NCBI GenBank assembly: GCA_041567315.1
Contig: JBFGCA010000005.1
Span: 10,858-74,857 of the forward strand
DNA from: Thermoanaerobaculia bacterium
Lineage (GTDB): Bacteria > Acidobacteriota > Thermoanaerobaculia > Multivoradales > JAHEKO01
Direction: 5' to 3'
DNA length: 64,000 bases
Shown here: positions 1 to 8,956 of the stretch, in pieces
How positions within the stretch are numbered: the stretch's first letter is position 1
Layout: each line of letters starts with the position of its first letter
Made by a program: the position numbers and the translations under genes
Notes under the pieces: generated by a model
Told to the model about the DNA's origin: nothing
Seen by the model: only the letters and a program-made list of their open reading frames with translations
The model's database searches: none

Positions 1-897
1 GACGGCGGCACCTTCACCGACGTCGCCCCGCAGCTCGGGGTCACCGAGCCCGAGGGCCGCAGCTTCGCCTCCTGGTTCTTCGATTTCGACAACGACGGCG
101 ACCTGGATCTGTTCGTCGCCGACTACGAGGCCCCGGTGCCGGCGGTGGCCGGCTTCTATTTCGGGCTCGAGACGGTGGACAACCGCCCACGGCTGTACCG
201 CAACGACTCGGGCGCGGAGGGCGTTCGCTTCACCGACGTCTCGCGTTCGGTCGGTCTCGCCCGGCCGATGCTGCCGATGGGTGCCAACTACGGCGATCTC
301 GACGCCGACGGCTATCCGGACCTCTATCTGGGGACCGGCGAGCCCGGCTACGAGACGGTGATGCCCAACGTGATGTTCCGCAACGACGGCGGCCGGCGCT
401 TCGCCGACGTCACCTTCGCCGGCGGCTTCGGACACCTGCAGAAGGGGCACGGGGTGGCCTTCGGGGACCTCGACAACGACGGCGACCAGGACCTGTTCCA
501 CCAGCTCGGCGGCTTCTTCCCCGGCGACGCCTTCGCCAACGCCCTGTTCGAGAACCCCACCGAGGGGGCGGCGTGGATCACCCTGCGGCTCGAGGGCCGG
601 CGCGCCAACCGCTTCGGGGTCGGCGCCCGCATCGAGGTCAGGACCGTCGAGGGCGGCAAGCGGCGCTCGATCCACGCCCTCGGCGGCAGCGGCGGCACCT
701 TCGGCGGCTCGAGCTTCCAGCAGGAGATCGGCCTCGGCGGCGCCGAGGCGATCGAGGAGATCGTCGTCCGCTGGCCGGGGAACGGCACCGTGCAGCGCTT
801 TCCGGGTCCGCCGCTGCGCCGCGTCTACCGGGTGGTCGAGGGCGCGGCCGAGCTGGTCGCGGTCGAGACGCCGCGCTACAGGCTGGGAGGCCGCTGA
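1..897 (+). CDS. CRTAC1 family protein (FG-GAP/VCBS repeats + ASPIC/UnbV domain), C-terminal part; the 5' end lies upstream of the window
   Basis: Frame 1 is open from nt 1. It carries FG-GAP-like D-x-D-x-DG repeats (FDFDNDGDLDLFVAD, GDLDADGYPDLYLG, GDLDNDGDQDLF) and a C-terminal ASPIC/UnbV-like segment (GARIEVRTVEGGKRRSIHALGGSGG...). The family assignment follows from these motifs. Confidence 0.8.
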   Translation, partial: DGGTFTDVAPQLGVTEPEGRSFASWFFDFDNDGDLDLFVADYEAPVPAVAGFYFGLETVDNRPRLYRNDSGAEGVRFTDVSRSVGLARPMLPMGANYGDLDADGYPDLYLGTGEPGYETVMPNVMFRNDGGRRFADVTFAGGFGHLQKGHGVAFGDLDNDGDQDLFHQLGGFFPGDAFANALFENPTEGAAWITLRLEGRRANRFGVGARIEVRTVEGGKRRSIHALGGSGGTFGGSSFQQEIGLGGAEAIEEIVVRWPGNGTVQRFPGPPLRRVYRVVEGAAELVAVETPRYRLGGR

Positions 898-951
898 GCG
901 GCCGCCCCGGCCGCTCGCCGCGACGGCCGCGCCAGAGTCCGCAAACCGGGC

Positions 952-1395
952 TCAGGCTCCGAACTGGCGCAGGTGGTGCTCGAAGTGGATGACGTGGAGC
1001 TTGCTCCAGCCCTCGACGCCGATCGGCCCGAAGTAGGGGTGGAGCGGCGGCTCGAGGTCGCCGCTGCCGGCCCGCCGGCGGTAGTCGTCGATGGCGCGGC
1101 GCAGGGCGTCGAGGTCGCCGGGCAGGCTGGGGGCGTCGCGGTCGCCGAAGCGGACGTGACGTGGCAGCCGGACCAGGCCGTTGAGCATCAGCGGCGCCAG
1201 CACCCGGACCGTGATCCAGTTGCCGGCGAACGGCAGCTCCTCGGCGTGCTCGCCCAGCGAGTAGCGCACCACCCCGAGGAGGTGGCGGATCAGCTGGTCG
1301 CGGTCCATCCGGCCCCAGCGCGGGCGGGCGTCGGGCGGCAGCGCGGCGAGCCGGGCCAGCACCCTGTCGGCGAAGTCCTGGTCGAATCTGCGCAT
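952..1395 (-). CDS. DUF1569 domain-containing protein
   Basis: ATG at 1395 fits by codon arithmetic from the ORF-track frame (MRRFDQDFADRVL...). The ORF track begins at a GTG further upstream. The DUF1569 call rests on recalled sequence similarity, with no direct motif check. Confidence 0.6.
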   Translation of the reverse strand: MRRFDQDFADRVLARLAALPPDARPRWGRMDRDQLIRHLLGVVRYSLGEHAEELPFAGNWITVRVLAPLMLNGLVRLPRHVRFGDRDAPSLPGDLDALRRAIDDYRRRAGSGDLEPPLHPYFGPIGVEGWSKLHVIHFEHHLRQFGA

Positions 1396-1444
1396 GCGGC
1401 GCGCTGCTCGGCCGGCGGGGTCGGGGCGCCCCGGCGGTGGCGCT

Positions 1445-2128
1445 TCAGCCCGCCTGCTCGAGCTCTTCGCGGATGAACTCCTCGAGCGCCGCCAGCTGAC
1501 CGGCGGTCGGCTGGATGAACTCGATTCCCATGCGGTACTGCTGGGTGCCCTCGACGGCCCCGGCCTCTTGCACATAGACGATCCGTCCGCGCAGCCGCAG
1601 CCGGCGCCCGTCGAGCACCATCTCGAGCTCGAAAACCGATTCGGGCTGGGCGGCGACCGGCGACTGGATCAGCATCCCGGCGACGCTCAGCTGCTTGACC
1701 AGGAAGCGGTGCTTGACGTGGAGCACGATCTCCTGGCGCTCGGAGAGCTTGAAGCGGCCGAAGACCCGCCGCCTGAGGTCGAGGACGACGTTCTTCTCCA
1801 TGAAGTCGAGCAGCTCGCCGGCCCGGTCGCTCAGCACGTCGTCGAACGAGATCCCGGCCCGGTAGACCGGAATCACGTCGCCCCCCGACCGCCGCTCGGT
1901 GCGGGCCAGGTGGCACCAGACGACGTGGCCCTCGAGCAGCACCGAGACCTGCGCCCGGCCGAGGCGGAACGAGTAGCCGCGACCCACCTGGAGCTGGGTC
2001 GGGGTCTCGACCGCCAGACCCGAGAGGCTGATGTTGAGCACCCGCGCCTGGACCGCGTAGGCGAAGCTGCCGGTGACGTCGTGGACGTGGAAGCGCGGGT
2101 GCCGCCGCTCGCGGTCGTACTCGGACAT
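1445..2128 (-). CDS. PilZ domain-containing protein (tandem PilZ-like domains)
   Basis: ATG (MSEYDRERRHPRFHV...) gives 227 aa. It has PilZ-like RxxxR / D-x-S-x-GG-type segments (NISLSGLAV, IEFIQPTAGQL). The upstream 436-aa extension of the track ORF is Arg/Pro-rich junk. Confidence 0.65.
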   Translation of the reverse strand: MSEYDRERRHPRFHVHDVTGSFAYAVQARVLNISLSGLAVETPTQLQVGRGYSFRLGRAQVSVLLEGHVVWCHLARTERRSGGDVIPVYRAGISFDDVLSDRAGELLDFMEKNVVLDLRRRVFGRFKLSERQEIVLHVKHRFLVKQLSVAGMLIQSPVAAQPESVFELEMVLDGRRLRLRGRIVYVQEAGAVEGTQQYRMGIEFIQPTAGQLAALEEFIREELEQAG

Positions 2129-2184
2129 GGGCGGACCGCCGACTCTACCCCAGGCCCCTCGACCCATCGCGGGCAGGCCTCGAG

Positions 2185-3099
2185 TCAGCGCCGGAAGGCG
2201 GCGGCGTGGCCGGTGGCGACGCAGGCGGCGACGAGCTCGGGGGTCATGCCGGGGAGGGCGGCGGCGCGGGCGTGCTCGGTGCGGGCGTCGACCGCCGAGA
2301 ACAGGGTGTTGTCGGTGTTGACGCAGGCGCGGACGCCGGCCGCCAGCCAACGCGGCAGCGGGTGCGCGTCGGCGGCGGCGATGGCGCCGGTGTGGTGGTT
2401 GGAGGTGGGGCAGGCCTCGATGACCACCTCCCGCTCGCGGACCAGGTCGCAGACCGCCGGATCCTCCAGCAGGCTGGTGCCGTGGCCGATGCGCTGGGCG
2501 CCGAGCTCGAGGATGGCGGTGCGGATCTCGGCCGCCGGCCGGCCCTCGCCGGCGTGGACCGTGCGGCCGACGCCGGCGGCGCGGGCGAGGCGAAAGGCGG
2601 GGACGTAGTCGATCATCCCCCAGCGGTGGCCGGGCGCCGGCGCGCCGGCCAGGTCGAGACCGACCACGCCGGGGCGGGCGGCGGCGATCGAGGCCAGCCG
2701 CTCGGCCAGCTCGGGCGGCTCGCCGAAGAGCGCGCAGAGGATCAGCCCGGCGCACCCGCCGGCGCCGTCGAGGGCGGCGTCGACGATGCGCTCCGGCGTC
2801 GCCCCGCGATGGAGCTGGGGAGCGAACCGGATCTCGAGGGTGGTGACGCCCTCGGCCGCCGCGTCCTCGCAGATCTCGGCCGCCACCCGGCGGACCGCGG
2901 CCGGCCCCTGGAGCACCCCCAGGGTGAGGGCGAAGCGCTCGAGCGCCTGCTCGAGACCCATGCCGGGGCGGAAGGCGAGATCGGCGGGCACCTCCACCCC
3001 GGCCGCGGCCGCCAGCTCGGCCAGCGTCGCAGGCCGCAGCGAGCCGTCGAGGTGACGGTGGAGGTCGGGGAGGGCGGGGAGCTCGGGGAGCGGGGCCAG
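2185..3099 (-). CDS. add: Adenosine deaminase family protein; start codon uncertain
   Basis: Carries the metal-binding signature LHRHLDGSLRP near the N-terminus, plus HAGE and a C-terminal TDN/DD region. There is no ATG, GTG or TTG between the upstream gene's stop (3105) and the HxH motif; the only candidate is a CTG at ~3099. The 884-aa track ORF runs through the neighbouring peptidase gene in another frame. Confidence 0.7.
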   Translation of the reverse strand: MAPLPELPALPDLHRHLDGSLRPATLAELAAAAGVEVPADLAFRPGMGLEQALERFALTLGVLQGPAAVRRVAAEICEDAAAEGVTTLEIRFAPQLHRGATPERIVDAALDGAGGCAGLILCALFGEPPELAERLASIAAARPGVVGLDLAGAPAPGHRWGMIDYVPAFRLARAAGVGRTVHAGEGRPAAEIRTAILELGAQRIGHGTSLLEDPAVCDLVREREVVIEACPTSNHHTGAIAAADAHPLPRWLAAGVRACVNTDNTLFSAVDARTEHARAAALPGMTPELVAACVATGHAAAFRR

Positions 3100-3104
3100 C
3101 CCGG

Positions 3105-4844
3105 CTACTCCCCCCGTGCCGGCTCGACGGGTGCCGGCTCGACGGGCGCCAGCTCGGCGGCGGTGGGATAGAGCGGCCGGACGTCCACCGGCACGTCCTC
3201 GAGCCTCCCGATCGCCGCCATCAGCGCGCCGGAGGGTCGGCCGTAGGTCTCCAGGAACTCGGCGGTGCCCTGGTAGTCGCCGGTCGCCTGCAGCATCAGC
3301 ATGTCGTGGAGCAGCTCGCGGATGGCGCCCGGGAAGCGCTCCGAGACCGCCCGGAAGCGGCCCTCGGCGTCGACCTCCAGGGCGCCCTTTTCGAGCAGGT
3401 AGTTGAACTGCGAGATCACCCCCCGCCCGTGGGCCTCGTGGACCCCGAAGCGGGCCGAGCGGAAGAGCCCCGCCAGGTAGGTGGGCTCCAGGGTGTCGCG
3501 CAGCGCCGCCGGGATCTCGCCCTTCTCGATCAGGACCAGGATGTCGAAGACCCCCATGACGTCGGCCTTGGCCTCCTCGAGCGTCGAGTACAGCTCCTTG
3601 AGCTCGAGCCGCACCTCGGTGGCGCGGCCGCCGACGGTGATCTTGCCTGGCCCCAGCCCGTGGGCCAGCTCGTGGTGAAGCACCTCGGCCAGATAGGCGT
3701 CGAAGGAGACCCGCTGCCGCTGATCGGCGGCCAGCACCCGCTCGGCGATCGGCACCAGCACCTTCTCGTACTTGGCGCGGAGCACGTTGCGCAGCAGCAC
3801 CTTCTTCGAGCCCTTGGCCTCGCGCACCCGCTCGTCGTTGGGCAGGTTGAAGGCCAGGGTCTGGACCCCGGCCTTGGAGTCGCCGCCCACGAACAGCACG
3901 TCCACCACCCGGATCGGGCTCTCGGTGCCGCGGTTGGGGTTCTTGTGCTCGTCGGGGATCGGCAGCTCGGCCTCGAGCCACGGCAGCAGCGTCTTGAAGC
4001 GCTCGAGCGCCGCCGACTCGGCGGGCAGGTCGACGGTGACGAACGCCTCGAAGGCCGCCTTGTAGCCGAACAGCCCGTCCTCGTAGGTCTCGTAGGGGCC
4101 GATGGTCACCTCGACCGGCGAGTCGAGGTCCATCCAGGCGACGTCGCTGGCGTAGTAGTCGTCGGAGAAGAAGGCGTCGGCGCGGCTCTCGAGAAAGCGC
4201 TTCAACGAGGGGTTGGCGGTCAGCTCGGCGGCCCGGCGCAGGTGGGCGGCGGCCGGCTCCAGCCACCGGCGGTAGGTTTCGGAGTAGGGGACCGCCACCA
4301 GCGAGCCGTTGTCGCGGCGCACCACGGTGTGCAGTCCCGTCAGGTCGTCGCGGGCCTCCGGATGGGCCTCGAGCCAGGCCTCGAGCTCCTCCTTGGCGAG
4401 GTCGACCGGGTAGTAGCCGGCGCCGTCCGGGTGCTCCATGTCGCCGACGAAAGGCTCCATCTCGTCGAGCCGGTCCCAGGGACCGAAGTTGAGGTCGTAG
4501 TAGGTGACGAGCGTCTCGTCGCCGCTGGCGGCAGCGTGGGCGGCGACCCGCTGCCTGAACTCGGGGTTCCCCTCCCAGACCTGGCGCAGGAAGATCTCGT
4601 CCATCAGCCGTGCCGCCTGCACCAGCTCGGCGACCACCGCGCGCTCGCCCTCCGGCACGCCGGCGAGGTCGGCCGCCAGCTCGGTGGGCGCGTAGCGGGC
4701 CAGCCGCGCGGCGACGTCGGGGGCGACCCACGGCTCGCCCATCTCGGTCTCTCCCTCCGGTCCGGAGGCCGGAGTCTCGGTGGCGGGCGAGCAGGCCCAG
4801 CCGGCGGCGAGGGCGAGCGTGACGATGGTGGTGACGCACCGCAT
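3105..4844 (-). CDS. Zn-dependent peptidase, DPP3-like / M49-like family (HEXXH), secreted or lipoprotein
   Basis: ATG start with an N-terminal signal peptide (MRCVTTIVTLALAAGWAC). HELAHGLG zinc motif with a downstream E; overall length and motif layout resemble bacterial 'dipeptidyl-peptidase 3 family' proteins. Confidence 0.6.
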   Translation of the reverse strand: MRCVTTIVTLALAAGWACSPATETPASGPEGETEMGEPWVAPDVAARLARYAPTELAADLAGVPEGERAVVAELVQAARLMDEIFLRQVWEGNPEFRQRVAAHAAASGDETLVTYYDLNFGPWDRLDEMEPFVGDMEHPDGAGYYPVDLAKEELEAWLEAHPEARDDLTGLHTVVRRDNGSLVAVPYSETYRRWLEPAAAHLRRAAELTANPSLKRFLESRADAFFSDDYYASDVAWMDLDSPVEVTIGPYETYEDGLFGYKAAFEAFVTVDLPAESAALERFKTLLPWLEAELPIPDEHKNPNRGTESPIRVVDVLFVGGDSKAGVQTLAFNLPNDERVREAKGSKKVLLRNVLRAKYEKVLVPIAERVLAADQRQRVSFDAYLAEVLHHELAHGLGPGKITVGGRATEVRLELKELYSTLEEAKADVMGVFDILVLIEKGEIPAALRDTLEPTYLAGLFRSARFGVHEAHGRGVISQFNYLLEKGALEVDAEGRFRAVSERFPGAIRELLHDMLMLQATGDYQGTAEFLETYGRPSGALMAAIGRLEDVPVDVRPLYPTAAELAPVEPAPVEPARGE

Positions 4845-4916
4845 GACGGGTTCTCCGGATCGGGTAGAAATCGGGTAGAGGGCTCGGCCGGCCGGCCGGT
4901 CAAGGACGGTTCGAGC

Positions 4917-6800
4917 CTACCGCAGTGCGGCCGGCGCGCAGCAGGGCCGGCCCTCCAGGTAGCGAGCCAGGTTGGCCCGTAGCCGGGCCGCGAGGTCGGC
5001 GTCGCCGAGGTCTGCCGAGCGGGCCAGCAGCTCGCGCTGCCACTCGACGGCCTGCTCGAAGCGGCCGGCCTGGGCCAGGGCCATGGCCAGGATCTCGGCG
5101 TGCTCGAGGCTCTTGTCGGCGGCGACCAGCGCCAGGGCCAGCTCCAGGGCGCGTTGGCCGTCGCGCAGCTCCGGCTCCGGGGCGGCGGCGAGGGCGCGGG
5201 CCAGGGCGGCGGCGATCCGCGGGCTGGCCGGGAGGGCGCCGAGGGCGTCCTCGAGGCGCCCGACCGCCTCCCGGTGGCGGCCCAGCCGGGCCAGCGCCGC
5301 CGCCTCGCCGAGCCGCGCGCCCTCGTGCGCCGGGTCGGCGGCGACGGTTCGCGCGAACTCGGCGCGCGCCTCCTCCGCCCGGTCGAGCCGCAGCAGACCC
5401 TCGCCCAGGTAGAGACGCGCCGCCAGGTCCTCGGGGTGGTCCTCCAGGTGGCGGCGGTAGGCGTCGACCGCCTCCTGGTGGCGGCCCAGCCGGGCGAGGA
5501 CCCCGGCCAGGTTGCGCCGCGCCTCGCCGAGCGCCGGGTCGGCGGCGAGGGTGGCCTCGTAGCCCTGGATCGCCTCGCTCCAGGCGCCGCGCGCCGCCGC
5601 CAGGTTGGCGAGCCCGAGATGGGCGAGCGCCTTCGCCTCGGCCGCGAGGGGCAGCCCGGTGGCGGCCCGGTACTGTTCGGCAGCGCGGCCCGGCTCGCCC
5701 AGCCGCTGGAGCGCCTCGCCCAGGGCGAGCCGGGCGGCGCCGTTCCCCGGGTCGGCCGCGATCAGACGCTCGAGATCGGCCGCCGCCTCGCCCGGCCGGT
5801 CCAGCTCGAGCAACAGGACGGCGCGCTCCAGGCGGGCCCCCGCGTGGGCGGGGTCGCGCTCGAGGAGCGCCCCGTACTCGACGGCCGCCGCCTGGGGCTC
5901 GCCGCTCCGGGCCAGCAGCCGGGCCAGGGTGCGCCGCGCCTCCAGGTCGCCGGGGGCGGCCTCGACCGCCCGGCGGTACTCCCCGATCGCCGCCTCCGTC
6001 CGGCCCTGGGCGAGCGCCACCGCGCCCCGCTCGAGCCTCAGCGCCGGGCCCTCGGCGGCCTCGTCCACGGCCGCCGCCAGCGGGTCGGGGAAGACCACCG
6101 GGGTGGCGCCGCCCCGCGCCAGGTGGGTGGCCGCCCGCTCGGGCTCGCCGAGGGCGCGGTAGGCCTGGGCCAGCGCGTAGTGGAGGGTGCTGGCCTCGGG
6201 CTGCAGCTCCAGCGCGCGCTCGAACCGCCGGGCGGCGGTCTGCCAGTCGCCGGCCGCCGCGGCCAGGCGGCCGAGCCCGTGGTGGGCGGCCGCCGCCGCC
6301 GGCTCCAGCTCGAGGGCGCGGGCGTAGAGCGCCGCCGCCGCCTCGTTCTCTCCTTGCTCCAATCGCACCGAGGCCAGCCGCAACAGGGCCGGCAGATCTT
6401 CCGGCGCGAGCTCGAGGGCGCGCTGGAGGCCGTCCGCCGCCGCTTCTAGGCGACCCGCGGTCTGCTCCAGGAAGCCCAGGGCGTAGGGCCAGGTGAAGTC
6501 GCCCGGCGCCAGCCGCGCCGCCTCCCGATAGCAGGCGGCGGCGGCCTCGCCGAGGCCGTAGGCCTGGTAGAGCCGCCCCAGCTCCCCGGCTGCTGCCGCT
6601 AGCTCCGCGTCGGTGGCCTTCGCTTTGACGGCCAGCGAGGCTGCGGCCTCGGCGGCCTCGTCCAGCTGACGCCGCGCGGTCTCCTCCAGCCGCGCCAGCT
6701 CGGGCTTCGGCAGCGCCAGCCGCGCCACGCCGAGGTCTCTTTCCGCCGGCGGCCCGCAGGCCAGAGCCGCCAGCAACCCGAGCACGAGCACCCCGAGCAT
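4917..6800 (-). CDS. Tetratricopeptide repeat lipoprotein
   Basis: Start chosen at MLGVLVLGLLAALAC (lipobox LAAC), by codon arithmetic. More than 15 TPR-like Ala/Leu/Arg-rich repeats follow. The upstream part of the track ORF is Arg-rich junk. Confidence 0.75.
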   Translation of the reverse strand: MLGVLVLGLLAALACGPPAERDLGVARLALPKPELARLEETARRQLDEAAEAAASLAVKAKATDAELAAAAGELGRLYQAYGLGEAAAACYREAARLAPGDFTWPYALGFLEQTAGRLEAAADGLQRALELAPEDLPALLRLASVRLEQGENEAAAALYARALELEPAAAAAHHGLGRLAAAAGDWQTAARRFERALELQPEASTLHYALAQAYRALGEPERAATHLARGGATPVVFPDPLAAAVDEAAEGPALRLERGAVALAQGRTEAAIGEYRRAVEAAPGDLEARRTLARLLARSGEPQAAAVEYGALLERDPAHAGARLERAVLLLELDRPGEAAADLERLIAADPGNGAARLALGEALQRLGEPGRAAEQYRAATGLPLAAEAKALAHLGLANLAAARGAWSEAIQGYEATLAADPALGEARRNLAGVLARLGRHQEAVDAYRRHLEDHPEDLAARLYLGEGLLRLDRAEEARAEFARTVAADPAHEGARLGEAAALARLGRHREAVGRLEDALGALPASPRIAAALARALAAAPEPELRDGQRALELALALVAADKSLEHAEILAMALAQAGRFEQAVEWQRELLARSADLGDADLAARLRANLARYLEGRPCCAPAALR

Positions 6801-7036
6801 CAGCGCCCATGTTCCCTCTCTACCCAGCCTCTGAAGGGAGCGCACCACCCGCGCCGGCCTCCCGCCGGCCCGTCGGGCGGTGCAGTGACGCCGATTGCGG
6901 CCTCGCCGCTCCACCCCACGGGCTCTCCGTCGCCTCCAGCGCGGAGCCTGGGGTCCTAGTGGCAAGCGCGGTCGAGGAGGTTCGAGGGGCGGCACGGGCG
7001 CGTCTTCCGTTGGGGACCCACCGAATCTGGTGTCCC

Positions 7037-7183
7037 GTGCGGCAAGTTCCTTTACATTCGAGCGGCGCTGCATCCCGCTGGGCGGCGTTGCTCCTCGGTC
7101 ACATATGGCCTCGAGATGCTCGTTCGTCGCGCCTTGCCCAGCGGGCGCTTCGCCGCTCTCGATGTGACAAGGAACTTACCGCA
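7037..7183. promoter_or_regulatory. Long imperfect inverted repeat (predicted ~50-bp-arm hairpin) in the divergent region upstream of an ECF sigma gene
   Basis: Left arm gtgcggcaagttcctttacattcgagcggcgctgcatcccgctgggcggcg. The reverse complement of the right arm is gtgcggtaagttccttgtcacatcgagagcggcgaagcgcccgctgggcaaggcg. Shared blocks: GTGCGG(C/T)AAGTTCCTT, ACAT(T)CGAG, AGCGGCG, CCCGCTGGGC. Loop ~40 nt. Confidence 0.5.
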
Positions 7184-7239
7184 CGGAACACAAGCGAAGG
7201 ATGGGGGACAGTTGTTCATCTAAGAGGTAGGGTTCGGCC

Positions 7240-7893
7240 ATGCCGCTACTGGGAGGCACCGGTTCTAGGAGACAAGAAAAGGCGCTCGTGCGGCGCATGC
7301 TGGCCGGCGACGAGGCGGCCTTCGACGAGTTTGCCGACGACTACATCCCGGTGGTCCACCGTTTCGCCATGCGGCGGCTGGGCGGCGACCTCGAGCTGGC
7401 CCGCGAGATGGTGCAGAACACGATGTGCAAGGCGATCGCCAAGCTCCCGAGCTTCCGCGGCGAAGCGGCGCTCACCACCTGGCTGTGCGCCTGCTGCCGC
7501 AACGAGATCGCCGCCCACTTCCGGCGCCGCGGCCGCTCGATCCAGGAGGTGGGGCTGGCCAGCGACGAGGTGCTGGCCGCCGCCCCGGCGCCCGGCCGCA
7601 CGCCGCCGGAGGGTCCCGAGGAGACGACCCTGCGCGGCGAGAGCTCGCGGCTGGTGCACGACACGCTCGACGCCCTGCCCCCCCACTACGGCAAGGTGCT
7701 CGAATGGAAGTACCTCGAGGAGCTGCCGGTCAAAGAGATCGCCGCGCGCCTCGACATCGGCCCGAAGGCCGCGGAATCGCTGCTCACCCGGGCCCGCAAC
7801 TCCTTCCGGCAGGACTTCATGCGCCGGCAGGGCGGGCCGGAGCTGGCGGTGCTGGCGGCGCCGGCCGGCCGCTTGAAGGAGGCCGTCCGATGA
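7240..7893 (+). CDS. RNA polymerase ECF-type sigma-70 factor (FecI-like)
   Basis: ATG with aagagg upstream. Sigma region 2 (YIPVVHRFAMRRLGG, ALTTWLCACCRNEIAAHFRRR) and region 4 (LPVKEIAARLDIGPKAAESLLTRAR). Its TGA stop overlaps the ATG of the next gene (ATGA). Confidence 0.85.
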   Translation: MPLLGGTGSRRQEKALVRRMLAGDEAAFDEFADDYIPVVHRFAMRRLGGDLELAREMVQNTMCKAIAKLPSFRGEAALTTWLCACCRNEIAAHFRRRGRSIQEVGLASDEVLAAAPAPGRTPPEGPEETTLRGESSRLVHDTLDALPPHYGKVLEWKYLEELPVKEIAARLDIGPKAAESLLTRARNSFRQDFMRRQGGPELAVLAAPAGRLKEAVR

Positions 7894-8948
7894 GCGAATA
7901 CCAGAAGACCCCCGAGACGGGCCTCGACGCCCCGAGCGGCGAGGAGCACGCGGTCGCCACCCTGCTGCGCGACGCCGGCCCCCGTCCGGCGGTGCCGCCG
8001 GCCGACCTCGCCGTCCTCAAGGCGGCCGCCCGCGCCGAGTGGCAGGGCCTGATCGAAGAGCGCGGCGCCCGCACGCGGTTCGGTGCCCTGATGCCGCTGG
8101 CCCTCGCCGCCAGCCTGGTGCTGGCGGTGGCGCTCGCCTGGTGGTTCGTCCAGCGGCCGCCGCTGGCGGGCGCCTCGATCGCCAGCGTCGAGCTGGTGGC
8201 CGGCGCGGTGGGCCTCGAGCCCGCGGCCGCCGCGGGCGAGCTGGCGGCCGGTCTCGAGCTCGGCGCCGGCGCCGAGCTGAACACCGCCGGCCCCGACGAG
8301 AACGGCCGGGCGCCGCGCCTGGCGCTGCGGCTGTCGGGCGGCCACTCGGTGCGGCTCGACGCCCACACGCGGGCGCGGCTGGCATCGGCCAACCGTCTCG
8401 AGCTCGAGCGGGGTGCGGTCTACGTCGACTCCGGAGGCGGTCTGCCGGCCGGTGCCGGGCTCGAGATCGCGACCCCGTTCGGCAGCGTCCAGGAGATCGG
8501 CACCCAGTTCGAGGTGCGGATCAACGAGGCCGCCGACGTCGACCTCAGGGTGCGGGTGCGCGAGGGCGAGGTCGCCCTCGAGCGTGGCGGTGAGTCGCAC
8601 GCGGCGGCGGCCGGCGAGGAGCTGATCCTGCGGCGTGACGGCTCGGTGGTGCGCTCGGCGGTCGAGCCCGACGCCCCAGGTTGGGACTGGGTGCTGGCGT
8701 CGGCCCCGAGCGTCGACATCGAGGGGCTGCCGCTGGCCTCCTATCTGGCCTGGCTGTCGCGCGAGACCGGCTGGCGCGTCACCTACGACGACCCGGCGCT
8801 CCAGGCGTCGGCCCGCAGAATCCGTCTGCACGGCACCATCGCCGGGCTGCGCCCGGACGAGTCGGTGAGCCCGGTGCTGGACGGCAGCGGCCTGGGCTAC
8901 CGGATGGAGGGCCGCACCCTGCTGGTCACCGCCGGGCCCTCCGGGTAG
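7890..8948 (+). CDS. FecR family anti-sigma factor / transmembrane sensor
   Basis: ATG overlaps the sigma gene stop. N-terminal cytoplasmic segment, one TM helix (LMPLALAASLVLAVALAWWF), and a periplasmic FecR-like domain (GSVQEIGTQFEVRINEAADVDLRVRVREGEVALERGGE...). C-terminal STN-partner region. Confidence 0.8.
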   Translation: MSEYQKTPETGLDAPSGEEHAVATLLRDAGPRPAVPPADLAVLKAAARAEWQGLIEERGARTRFGALMPLALAASLVLAVALAWWFVQRPPLAGASIASVELVAGAVGLEPAAAAGELAAGLELGAGAELNTAGPDENGRAPRLALRLSGGHSVRLDAHTRARLASANRLELERGAVYVDSGGGLPAGAGLEIATPFGSVQEIGTQFEVRINEAADVDLRVRVREGEVALERGGESHAAAAGEELILRRDGSVVRSAVEPDAPGWDWVLASAPSVDIEGLPLASYLAWLSRETGWRVTYDDPALQASARRIRLHGTIAGLRPDESVSPVLDGSGLGYRMEGRTLLVTAGPSG

Positions 8949-8956
8949 GGGCGCCT

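Noticed and set aside
2185-4839. 884-aa ORF on the minus strand
   Set aside because: It is a read-through composite: only its 3' ~305 codons (adenosine deaminase) are credible. The rest overlaps the well-supported peptidase gene 3105-4844 in another frame and is Arg/Gly/Pro-rich low-complexity sequence.
4900-6810. Long Arg/Pro/Gly-rich ORFs antisense to, or frame-shifted from, the TPR gene (also 4925-6496, 5100-6449)
   Set aside because: High-GC artefacts: extreme Arg/Pro/Gly/Ala composition and no motifs, and they overlap a gene with clear TPR repeats and a lipoprotein signal.
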